Assembly: GCA_040326155.1 (NCBI GenBank)
Contig: JBEQLE010000023.1
Span: 1 to 48,598, forward strand
Direction: 5' to 3'
DNA length: 48,598 bases
Source: Leptospirales bacterium
Lineage (GTDB): Bacteria; Spirochaetota; Leptospiria; Turneriellales; JAOUFE01
Position numbers and translations under genes: made by a program. Within the stretch, counting starts at the first letter, position 1, and every line of letters begins with the position of its first letter. The notes below the pieces were generated by a model. That model saw only the letters and a list, made by a program, of their open reading frames with translations, ran no database searches and was not told the origin of the DNA. Positions 29,503 to 38,900 of this stretch are shown here, piece by piece.

Positions 29503-30853
29503 ATTTATGCCAATTTAAATCCTCTAAGTTTGCCAAAAACGGGATTGACCCGTATCGCCCAGCTAAATAACCTCTTCTTATATCTATCGTGGAATGCTCT
29601 TTGTAGTCAGATAATGAATACAAATCGGTCCTTCCTTTATTATCTTTCTCAACAAACCAGATTTCATCTTGCCTAAATAAATCCTGATCCAATAAATTTG
29701 ATTCATGGGTACTAAAAATCAATTGCCCATTAGTATTGTTATCCTTCGAGAATTTATTAACTAATTCTTTAATTAATAAGGGGTGAATGCTTCTTTCTAT
29801 TTCATCTATTATGAAGACTTTATTACCACTAACAACATTTTTAAAAGCTGGAATAAAGTCTAGCAAACGAATAGTCCCATCCGATTCTTCGCCGAGATTA
29901 AAATAGGCTTTGAGATCTTCGCCTCCAGTATGCTCTAATTGAAGTTGCTTTATGAATATTTCTTCATTTTCCCGGACAAGGACTACTTCGTCTCCTGCAT
30001 CACTACGTAAAACGGCCATTCTATCTTTGTCTTTTTCTAATTCTTCAATTAGATTATTTAATTTCTCAGAACCTTCGTCTCCAAAGAACTCTTTAATTTC
30101 ACGTCTCTCGGACTTTATATTACTAATACCCAGATTAAAAGTACACATAATATCTTGAGCGTATTCACGAAACTCTTGATTTATATCTATTTCATGGGCT
30201 ATTGCTGCCGGTCGGTCATCAGGTTTCATGATTTGTAAAGTATTTGCGAACCAATCTAGCGCATGATTAACTTCCTTAAGATCTGGATTATCCAATGTGG
30301 TTAACAGTTTAATAATTGGCTTGTTGTGTTTACTTAAATTTTTCTCTATCACACTTTTTAAGACTAAGTTCTCTTTATCACTCTCAAATTTATCAGAAAA
30401 TTTAATCTGACTTTTCCCACTCTTTAAAATTTTTCTTTCAAACAAAAGTTTATCTTTACCTTTACCCAACTTAGAAATATATAATTCTTCATTAACTACG
30501 ACTTGTTTATCGCCAATTTCTATGGCATAATAGTAAGCTTGCTCTTGTTGGAAAAATTCTACTCCTAAAATAATAGTATTATTGTCAGCATTTGCAAACT
30601 TAAATTTTTGTTTATCAATATTTTTAGGTAGTTGTTCACGGGTAACTATATCCTTTAACATGAGCATAGCATTAATCAAATTGGATTTTCCAGCACCGTT
30701 GGCCCCATAAATCGAAGCTAATTTCAATACTTCAAACCCTTTTTTCACATATTTATGATCACTTAATCTAGTATACCTCGGACTCGGTATCATATTAAAT
30801 TCAACTTCTTTCCCAAAGGATAAAATATTATTGACTGTAAACCTTATTAGCAT
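29492..30853 (-). CDS. RloA-like AAA_21 / abortive-infection ATPase
   Basis: MLIRFTVNNILSF, IYGANGAGKSN (Walker A), EESDGT, FIIDEIERSIHP (Walker B), QLIFSTH, RQDEIWFVEK and YLAGRYGSIP. Confidence 0.92.
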   Translation of the reverse strand: MLIRFTVNNILSFGKEVEFNMIPSPRYTRLSDHKYVKKGFEVLKLASIYGANGAGKSNLINAMLMLKDIVTREQLPKNIDKQKFKFANADNNTIILGVEFFQQEQAYYYAIEIGDKQVVVNEELYISKLGKGKDKLLFERKILKSGKSQIKFSDKFESDKENLVLKSVIEKNLSKHNKPIIKLLTTLDNPDLKEVNHALDWFANTLQIMKPDDRPAAIAHEIDINQEFREYAQDIMCTFNLGISNIKSERREIKEFFGDEGSEKLNNLIEELEKDKDRMAVLRSDAGDEVVLVRENEEIFIKQLQLEHTGGEDLKAYFNLGEESDGTIRLLDFIPAFKNVVSGNKVFIIDEIERSIHPLLIKELVNKFSKDNNTNGQLIFSTHESNLLDQDLFRQDEIWFVEKDNKGRTDLYSLSDYKEHSTIDIRRGYLAGRYGSIPFLANLEDLNWHKYDN

Positions 30854-30855
30854 GA

Positions 30856-30942
30856 CGTGAGATTATCACGCGACAACCCATGCGGTCAAGAATATTTTTA
30901 TTAAACCTAAGACATATCCGATCTTGATGTGATTATTTCACA
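30856..30942 (-). promoter_or_regulatory. Putative promoter with two palindromic operators upstream of the RloA-like gene
   Basis: CGTGA-N5-TCACG (30856-30870) and TGTGA-N5-TCACA (30928-30942). The minus strand has TTGACC (30889-30884), 16 nt, then GATAAT (30867-30862). Confidence 0.5.
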
Positions 30943-31077
30943 AGATTAACTATTCCCTTATTTCAAAAACCGCAACAGCCTCAACAAATTTTATCTACTC
31001 AGTCACGACCTAATAGGGCTACGCACTTCTTGGCACGCCTTCGAATGGCTATTTGCCGCAAAGTGGTAACCGAGATC

Positions 31078-31295
31078 TACCACGAAACAAGTGGCCAAAA
31101 CCACGCTTTTTTTCCGTAAATTACTTTAAACTATAATCGAACGAAGCTACATAGAAAAACCGAAGGATTTTTTTGGAACTAAATTCCACGAAGCCGGTTG
31201 CCAAAAACCACGCTTTTTGGCAACAAATAACTTCAAACGAAAATCGAACTGCTCGACACAAAAAAACCGCAGGATTTTTTTGTGCACTAAAGGGG
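31078..31295. repeat. Copy C: two tandem units (~107-bp period) of the structured repeat
   Basis: CCACGAA recurs at 31080/31186 and AAAAACCG at 31155/31262. Hairpin GTTGCCAAAAA-CCACGC-TTTTTGGCAAC at 31197-31224. Confidence 0.9.
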
Positions 31296-31567
31296 TGGCG
31301 AAATAACGTTTTTATTTTTCCTAAAAATAGAAACTTATGGAGCCAGGGGGAGCAGCTATTTGCCTGAGGAGGTAGATACACTTTTCCCCCTCCTTACATT
31401 TAAAGTCTTATTGAAAAAACGGTGAAGTAAGAGACAAGTTTTCGAAATTTATTATACTATTACCGTTTTATCCGAATGTTTTTTACTTGTCTGACTATAT
31501 GATTGCAAGAAAGTAGATAATAAGTTATTTTAATATAATTAGAATATAAGAGAAGTAAAAACACAAT

Positions 31568-32359
31568 ATGAAAAATATCGATTCATCAAATGAGTATAAC
31601 ACACCGAATTCTGGCCCGCCCTTATTTATGGATCGGCTTTTTTTAAAAAATAGTTTCATGTTTTATTCTTCTTCTATAAGACATCTTTTCAAATATAGAA
31701 AAGCGGCCCTGCGAAACCAGTACGACTTTGACCTGTGGGTAAAAAGCTCTCATGAAATGTTTGAAATGATAGAAATGTTTGGTGGTTGTTTTCGCCTCAA
31801 TGGGCTGGATAATATACGAAAATTTTCCGATGAACCCATGGTGATTATCAGTAACCATATGAGTACACTCGAATCTTTGGTTTTTCCAGCAATCATTGGA
31901 ACGCATAAGAAGCTGACATTTATTGTAAAAGAAGCCCTTTTAAAGAGTTATCTGTTTGGCCCGATTATGAGTGCGACGGACCCCATCCGCGTTTTACCGA
32001 ACAGTTCCGTATCTAATTTAAGTAGAATTATTAAGGAAAGTTGCGAGAAACTGGAACAGGGTAAATCTGTGATGATTTTTCCCGAAGGGTCTCGCCAGGC
32101 AAACTTTAACCCGAAAAGGTTCAGTTCGGTTGGTATAAGAATTGCACGAAAAGCGGGTGTCAGAGTTTTGCCGGTAGCAATTAAAACTGACTTTTGGAGT
32201 ACTGGACGCATATTGAGAGAGTTCGGTAAAATACGAAAAGAGAGAGACATTCATTTTTCTTTTGGCAAGCCGATCGAGGTTAACCGGAAAGGCACAAAAG
32301 AACACGAGCAGGTAATTGAGTATATCAGTTCAAATCTGGATCGTTGGAATGAACGGTAA
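31568..32359 (+). CDS. plsC: Lysophospholipid (1-acyl-sn-glycerol-3-phosphate) acyltransferase
   Basis: SNHMSTLE (HX4D/E), FIVKEAL, IFPEGSR and LPVAI. Confidence 0.85.
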   Translation: MKNIDSSNEYNTPNSGPPLFMDRLFLKNSFMFYSSSIRHLFKYRKAALRNQYDFDLWVKSSHEMFEMIEMFGGCFRLNGLDNIRKFSDEPMVIISNHMSTLESLVFPAIIGTHKKLTFIVKEALLKSYLFGPIMSATDPIRVLPNSSVSNLSRIIKESCEKLEQGKSVMIFPEGSRQANFNPKRFSSVGIRIARKAGVRVLPVAIKTDFWSTGRILREFGKIRKERDIHFSFGKPIEVNRKGTKEHEQVIEYISSNLDRWNER

Positions 32360-32454
32360 GGCTCTTTCTGCTTTGTGGCCAACAAACATCTTAGTATTTT
32401 GTAAAAACCACTTGCAGTGACTACAAACAAATCAAAAATAGCTAAGGAATTAGC

Positions 32455-33225
32455 ATGGAAATCTTACGTAAATTCGTTAAAAAAACGAAAAGTATTCTCG
32501 GGGTCGATGAATCACGAATTAAAAAGAAGTTGATACTTTACTTTATCTTAATTTCTACTGTGTCCATTTCAATTTCACTTGAGGTAATTCTGGAAGTAAG
32601 CGAAACCCCGTTTCGTGAAAAATTGGCAAAATCTATTCTATCAGAGGTGCAAACTCACCTTCCTGACGGTCAAATCCTGAACGAGATTCCAATAAATATG
32701 GATAAAGCCTTCGAACCGCTTGAATACCTTCGAATACGGATGATTTTACTGTTTCTTGTTATTATAGGAACCATTATTACTGCTTTTTCGCTATTTTCAA
32801 AAGATATTGCAACACCCATTGATGAACTGGTGGAGGGAGCGAAAAAAGTCGCTGACGGAGACCTGACATATACCATTCCAGTTTTAAGCGATGACGAAAT
32901 TGGGCAACTCGCCAGACTGATTAATGACATGAATGCGAACCTGCAAGAGCTTGTGGTTGAAATTCGCTTTGAGATGAAAAGGATGGTGGGTATTGTTGAC
33001 GAACTGCGAACCCAGCTGGCCCCTACCTTTGAAGTTGACCTTGTGTCCGAAGCTGTGAAGAATCGTACAATTAAAATATCAAAAATAAAAAAGGTCCAGA
33101 ACGTCGCCAAAGAGGTAGATAAAAATCTGAATGAATTGAAAGAGGACCTGGCAGCTTTAACTATGCTCATCGATATGTACAAAGTGTATCAAGTAACGAC
33201 AACCAACCAGGATCAGGAGGTCTAA
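32455..33225 (+). CDS. Two-TM HAMP-domain protein with short coiled-coil tail
   Basis: Two hydrophobic segments and a HAMP domain (PIDELVEGAKKVADGDL...DEIGQLARLINDMNANL). No kinase or MCP hairpin follows. Confidence 0.85.
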   Translation: MEILRKFVKKTKSILGVDESRIKKKLILYFILISTVSISISLEVILEVSETPFREKLAKSILSEVQTHLPDGQILNEIPINMDKAFEPLEYLRIRMILLFLVIIGTIITAFSLFSKDIATPIDELVEGAKKVADGDLTYTIPVLSDDEIGQLARLINDMNANLQELVVEIRFEMKRMVGIVDELRTQLAPTFEVDLVSEAVKNRTIKISKIKKVQNVAKEVDKNLNELKEDLAALTMLIDMYKVYQVTTTNQDQEV

Positions 33226-34026
33226 GTGGAAGCCGATTGGTTTACATATTGGTTCATGTTTCCCATTGCTCTGGTAATAGCAATTCTAGCGAACTCTTCG
33301 GGATTTTCGGGCGGTGTGCTTTTTCAGCCCATTATTAACCTGTTTTTGAGTATTCAGATTCAAACTTCCGTTGCTACCGGAATAGCCACCGAGACAGTCG
33401 GTATGAGTTCCGGAGCAGCCCAGTATTTCTGGCAAAAGAAAGTTGAAAAAGAGGTCGGTCTGGTTCTGGTAATGCTGACGATTCCGGGGGTGGTCCTGGG
33501 GACGCATATTTTGCTGGTGGTCGACGCGAACATACTTCGTTTTTTTCTGGGGTTGGTGATTATCACCATCGCGGTAATGCAATTTTTAACAGCTACGCAG
33601 GGTAAATTCGGTAATCGAGAAGACCTGCCCGTCGAGGATGTCTACCCTTACATGTGGCTTCCCATTCTAGGTGGTTTCTTTTCGGCAACCACAGGAACGG
33701 GTATCTGCGAAACCTCACAACCGCTTCTGGAGCGCGGCTTAAAAGTAAAAACCCGCCGGGCCAACGCTACCGCAATCTGGGTAGAAGCCATGGGTGACTG
33801 GATTATTACAATTTTAAATCTGCAAGCCGGTTTAATCGACTGGAAGATTCTGCTCTATACTGGAACCGGTGTCATTATCGGAGGGCAAATTGGCCCTGTC
33901 GTTGCAAAATATCTGCCCGAAAAAGCTTTAAAAATAATATTCTCGATTGCTATTATCATCGTTGGGGTTTTCTACGTCTTAAAAGGCGGCGCCTTTATAA
34001 TGAAAAAAATCGGTGTACTTGAATAA
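33226..34026 (+). CDS. TauE/SafE-family (TSUP) sulfite/anion exporter
   Basis: About eight TMs, NSSGFSGGVLFQP, SATTGTG and GVIIGGQIG. The GTG start abuts the upstream stop. Confidence 0.88.
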   Translation: MEADWFTYWFMFPIALVIAILANSSGFSGGVLFQPIINLFLSIQIQTSVATGIATETVGMSSGAAQYFWQKKVEKEVGLVLVMLTIPGVVLGTHILLVVDANILRFFLGLVIITIAVMQFLTATQGKFGNREDLPVEDVYPYMWLPILGGFFSATTGTGICETSQPLLERGLKVKTRRANATAIWVEAMGDWIITILNLQAGLIDWKILLYTGTGVIIGGQIGPVVAKYLPEKALKIIFSIAIIIVGVFYVLKGGAFIMKKIGVLE

Positions 34027-34028
34027 AT

Positions 34029-34446
34029 TCCGCTGAAGGCGGAGGGCTCCGGCCCGGTTGCGGTGTAGCTTTCCTTAAAAAAACTTCACCCGCAAGAAAA
34101 CGCCATCTTACAAACCCCGCCGTCGGCGATTCTATTTTAAAGTCTGAGCGCCACTCGGCAAACAGTTGTCCTCCCTCCGGTCGGCCTCGGCGATTCTGAG
34201 TTGCTCAAAGTGCAACACGAATTTCTAACCGCTCCTTCGCCCTGGGCGAGATTGAGGTATGCAGGCGGACCGCGTTGGGGAAATCCACCACTTTATGGTG
34301 GGGAAAAAACCAACCCGGCCCTGCCCTACTCTCTTCAGATCGGCAAATACCAGACCCCCATAATATCGTGGGGTTAAGCGTAGGCTCGCCCGCAGGGCAG
34401 CCGTAGCGGAAGGGGAGACTGTAAAAAGTCTGCGACGGAGGCTACT
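34029..34446. other. GC-rich non-coding hairpin cluster (REP/MITE-like mosaic or structured RNA)
   Basis: Many inverted repeats: TCCGC/GCGGA, CGCCG/CGGCG, GTTGC/GCAAC, TCGCCC/GGGCGA, CCACCA/TGGTGG nested in GTTGG/CCAAC and GCAGG/CCTGC, and ACCCC/GGGGT. TCGGCGATTCT occurs twice. Confidence 0.6.
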
Positions 34447-34500
34447 CAAAAATGAAATATTTAATATTGTGTAACCATCACATCTTTAAGCCGCGCGCAA

Positions 34501-34583
34501 TTTAATATTTTTTATATTTTTTTATTATTTTTTTTGTATTTTATATATAAATACTTTACATACAACTTTGGTTCTGTTATTGT
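34501..34583 (+). promoter_or_regulatory. Putative sigma70 promoter for the downstream operon
   Basis: AT-rich UP-like tract, TTTACA (34555-34560), 17-nt spacer and extended -10 TGnTATTGT (34578-34583). SD GAGGAGG lies before ATG 34742. Confidence 0.5.
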
Positions 34584-34741
34584 CCCCACACTGAAGGATC
34601 GTTTCTTCGGTTAAAAAACATAGATAAGCGCGTATAAAATAAATAAATACAATCGTATTCCTATAACGCAAGATCAAACAGGGTTATGCGCTACGAAATA
34701 CATTCATGCGCACTGAATTTATTTGAGTCTGAGGAGGTTGT

Positions 34742-35908
34742 ATGGATTGGCGACACGAACCGATATGGGATCCCTATATAGGCAGTAGAGTAGTAGTTTT
34801 TTTCAACACTGTAAATTCTGGCGAGAAAATTGTTGAGCGCCTCGGAACCGTTACCGGCGGCCCTAACAAAATAATAGAACTTAGCCCGGAAGATGGCGCG
34901 TCAATTCTTGAGTACCGCAACTCCTTGCCCGATCAAGTTTTTACTGCGGCGAGTCAACTCGGCGATATAAAAAATATCGGCCCCGATCAGTTGTATCTGA
35001 TATTTACCGCCTTTCGTGAGCTTGAACTTGAGAATTCTCTTGAAGCCGAAATACTCGGTTTTTTAAATGCAGTCAATGACACGAACGAAATAGTCACTCG
35101 CATCTGGCTCGATCCAAAGTCCGCTAACGTTAAAGAGGAAGGCCATCGCCGCCTCTACCTGGATTATTTCTTTAAAACCACAGACTCTACCACGGGTAAA
35201 ACCGTAGACGCGGCTCCCGCAACCACCGCAATCAAAGCAGAACTTGCAAAAAACATTTTAACGGAACGCAATAAACTTACCGGTAAGCAATTTACGGTAT
35301 TTGAAGAGCTCCAGAAAGTAAGCAAACTGGGGGCTGTTGATTTTCATAACATCCTTTACAGTTTTGCGAAAATTCCGCTCAACTCTCCGGGCGACCTGGC
35401 CGCTCTCATCAAAACCGATACGTGGATAGCGTCGCTGCCCTCAGGTTTTACCGAACTCACCGATTTTACGCTCGCCGATATCGAAACGACCTGGGACGCC
35501 GCAACTTCGAGTTTTTCAAACGTGACGTTTGCTTTGCAAGGTCCGACGCCCTGGGAACTGACTTTGGGCGAGGCAACGAACCCAACGCCGATCTTGGACG
35601 ATGTTACGTTTTACTATACAATTCAAAATCCGGGTACGCCGGACGAGACGATTACCGCCGAGATGAAAACAGTCCACCTTGCAGGCGATGTCGAGGTTCC
35701 TTTGAGTGTTCCATTAGCTGGCGATACGGTGCCCGCTGAGACGGGGGACATCAGCTGGAATCTGGAGCAGCCGACTACGGTCGCTTCGTTGCAGGATGTG
35801 TCGGGGCTGTTTGATGTCGAGACTGCGTCGCTTTTGCCGGAGGGTTTGCTGAGTTTTAGCGGGGGTGTAGAGTTGCAAGCGTTGGATGTCAGCGTGGTGG
35901 ATGCGTGA
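34742..35908 (+). CDS. Hypothetical protein: two HhH (ComEA-like) repeats + acidic beta-module related to the downstream giant protein
   Basis: ASILEYRNSLPDQVFTAASQLGDIKNIGPD and AKNILTERNKLTGKQFTVFEELQKVSKLGAVD; the C-terminal part resembles modules of 39399-47390. Confidence 0.7.
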   Translation: MDWRHEPIWDPYIGSRVVVFFNTVNSGEKIVERLGTVTGGPNKIIELSPEDGASILEYRNSLPDQVFTAASQLGDIKNIGPDQLYLIFTAFRELELENSLEAEILGFLNAVNDTNEIVTRIWLDPKSANVKEEGHRRLYLDYFFKTTDSTTGKTVDAAPATTAIKAELAKNILTERNKLTGKQFTVFEELQKVSKLGAVDFHNILYSFAKIPLNSPGDLAALIKTDTWIASLPSGFTELTDFTLADIETTWDAATSSFSNVTFALQGPTPWELTLGEATNPTPILDDVTFYYTIQNPGTPDETITAEMKTVHLAGDVEVPLSVPLAGDTVPAETGDISWNLEQPTTVASLQDVSGLFDVETASLLPEGLLSFSGGVELQALDVSVVDA

Positions 35909-35938
35909 TGGAAATCACTAGAGGATTGAGGTAGGGTT

Positions 35939-38900
35939 ATGGCTGAGAAGAATAATATGGTGAAGGTAAAATTTCTGGTAAAGACGGCCGAATACAACCA
36001 AGGGTTGTTAAATGAAAAGCATGTTCCTATTCACTCCTATTTTTTGTATCTGTTTTGGAAACAAGATGATGAATACAAACTTTTTTTACAAACCGATGAT
36101 AAAAACAAAAAATTAAAAGTTGCGGGAAAACATATTCCGGTTGTAGCCAAACCCGACGTAGCCAATAGTGAACTTTGCGACTATCCGTTTGTAAGGAAAG
36201 AGACTTATTACGGCTGCTTTAGCGGGAAAGAGTTAGACGTCAACGCGCTGAAAACAATCGCAATGACTTCGCCAGAAAGGTTGATTCATATTTACCCAAC
36301 GGGATCAACGTACAAAATTGATCATTCTTTTTTTTATTGGCTGATGAAAGCGGCTGAGTTAGAATCGGATACAAAAACCAGCCATGAAAATATAAACCTC
36401 CTTCTTGAAACTCTGGAAAAGAAAACTGACGTGAATGAAGATGAAAAATGGATTATTGACAACCAATGGTGCACCCTGCCGAACAATCAGTGTTTAGATA
36501 TCAAAAGCGCTCTAACAACGATAAAAAATAAATTATCCAACCCATCGCAAACAATACAGGCAATCTTTGATTCCTCTTTAAATGAAACAATGGCCTGTTA
36601 TAAAACAATCGAGATTGCCCCCACTAGAAAAGCCTGTTCTAAAGATCAAAAATGGTCGGGCGCGATTAGAGAAGGTTTTTCGCATCACATATTAACGAGT
36701 AACCTACGGGCTCATTTGATTGCCCCGACGTTGTCCGATAAAAATACAGTAACAGGCGATTTACTTAAAAGTTTCAGTGACAACAACATATCCAACGATC
36801 TTACAAATCTCTTTTATAAAGACGAAAATAATTCTTCTATTGGTTACGGCAATGTAAATATACTCAACACTCTGACAAAAAGCGCTATACAACAATATGG
36901 AACAAATGATGCGCAATCCGACTCTTTGGATCTTAAACCGCTTGAAAGAAATATTTTTTCTTACGTTGATAGCGTAGCCGAAACAAACAGTTTTCAATAT
37001 GACTGGGACAGTTTTGATAATGCCAAGAGGAAAATACTATTTGAATTCGGTATTGATTTAAATTCTTATAGCAACTTTTTTATATCGTTGTTTCGAGACG
37101 CTCTTGAATGTTTTGAGCAAGCCACACTGCATCATGAAAAAACAGCAAATCGCAAATTCAATATATCCCCTTACAATGTCAAAATAAGCTATTCGGAAAC
37201 CGAAAAATCAGAGACTGGCGCTTATGAACTCATTAGCGCAAGCTCTGTATTGAATATTAAATCGATCATTGAGCATACTACTGAGAATACTACTCTTAAA
37301 AATTCAATTCTTTTTCTAGACGGATATACAAACCAGCATATTTTTGAAAAAAATGAATTTTCAATTCCAAAACAAAAAGAGGAATCTATTTCAGCATCGG
37401 AATTCACTGCCCAAACGCAAGTTGACGATACTGTAAAATTTATCGAACTCATTCCCTTTGATCAAAATCTAGTAACCTACAATTTTTTAAAAAATGAAAC
37501 GGGCAGAAAACGGCAAGATTCAACCATAGTCCCGATATCGGCATGGGAAAAACTCCGGGCAAAACTGGAAACTGAAAATTTTCCGATGTTAACAATGGAC
37601 GCTTTCAAACATATGCGCCTGACAGGCGCAAACCTGGCCATTCCAAAGTTTGAGAGATTTCAATCGTCTACCGGGCAATACGTTGCGCCCGATCTTCAAA
37701 GCGCGACAGACTGGGTCGGCAACCAGGGGGAAACGGGATTTTTTACAAAAAATACTATTAATAGTTTTTATGAAGATTTAAATAATCGGGAATGGAGAAA
37801 TCGAGCAGGAACTTGGCAAGGTTCCGGTAATCAAAATAATTTCCCAGTCTACGATGCGCTTGGTAAATTTGTCAGCAACAAACTGATTTCAATAAAAGCC
37901 TCTGGTGGCGGGGCGAGCGACAACCAGAACAAGCAGAGGGATGTGAGAAGGAGGTATTGGGAAACAGGTTTTAAAAAGACTTTTGGGGGACACAGTAATC
38001 CCAGGCATAAAAATTATAGAAATTTCAATAATGTCGCAATACAGCCAGACAATCTTAATACGAACAGAGCAGATGCAATTTATAGATCTTATTTAGCGAT
38101 TAACAGTGATGATGTAGCTTCCTTTCGAGAAAACCTTAAGAATTCCGCAGACGCAAATATCTTTAACAGACAGATATCCGGGGTAAACGACCTGGGTAAT
38201 AGGGCGGTAAAACACAAGCTCATGTACGAATTTTTCAATATTATTCTCGAAAAAGAAAATATTAAATTGAATGGCGTTCGTATCCCAACTCTAGAGGCTT
38301 TATTCGCACAACCTTCAGGTACGAACATCAATTCCGTTACCGAAAAATTAAAAACGATTTTAGCGAAACGAATCATCAGCAATGGCAGAACAAACGCCGA
38401 AGTTCGTAACAGTATTCATGCGAGAATTGGTACGGGGAGATTAGGACGTTTACAACCATACCAATACAACTACGTGACATCCGAGTATATTTATGTAAAA
38501 AGCCAGGCATCGACTATCAAAGCTTCTTTAAAATCTGCAGGAAGAAACGCAGCCTACGGATCCATTTTTACTACCATATTGAGTGGTCATAAACTATTGA
38601 CTAAAGATGGAGAAAACACCGGAGACGATTATTTAAAATTTGGTTCTGACATTGCGCTTGGCATCGTTGGCGACGCCGTATCATCGGCAGGCGAAACAGG
38701 AGTTCTTTCGCGCGGGCTTGTTCAAGGAACCGGGATTATAAAGACGTTTGGACGAACCGTCGGAAAATCTTTCACAAGTGGTTTAGCAGCGCCTATTGTG
38801 GAAGTCGGAACTATGTTGTTCGAAGATCATTATTTAAATACGAAAGATTATAGTTATACGGATTACTCCGCAAAAGGTACCAGAGCGGCCGTTGGAGGAA

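Noticed and set aside
30928..30942. Canonical CRP site
   Set aside because: The spacer is 5 bp, not the 6 bp required. It is kept only as an unassigned operator.
31078..31295. Possible CRISPR array or integron attC array
   Set aside because: No unique spacers between identical repeats, no cas or intI gene, and no RYYYAAC...GTTRRRY attC boxes recognised.
34029..34446. RNase P RNA, group II intron 3' end or c-di-GMP riboswitch
   Set aside because: Only short resemblances (AAAGTGCAACA, AACCCGGC, CCCTACTCT, GGCAAA). The diagnostic GAGGAAAGTCC, domain V and GACGCAAAG elements are absent.
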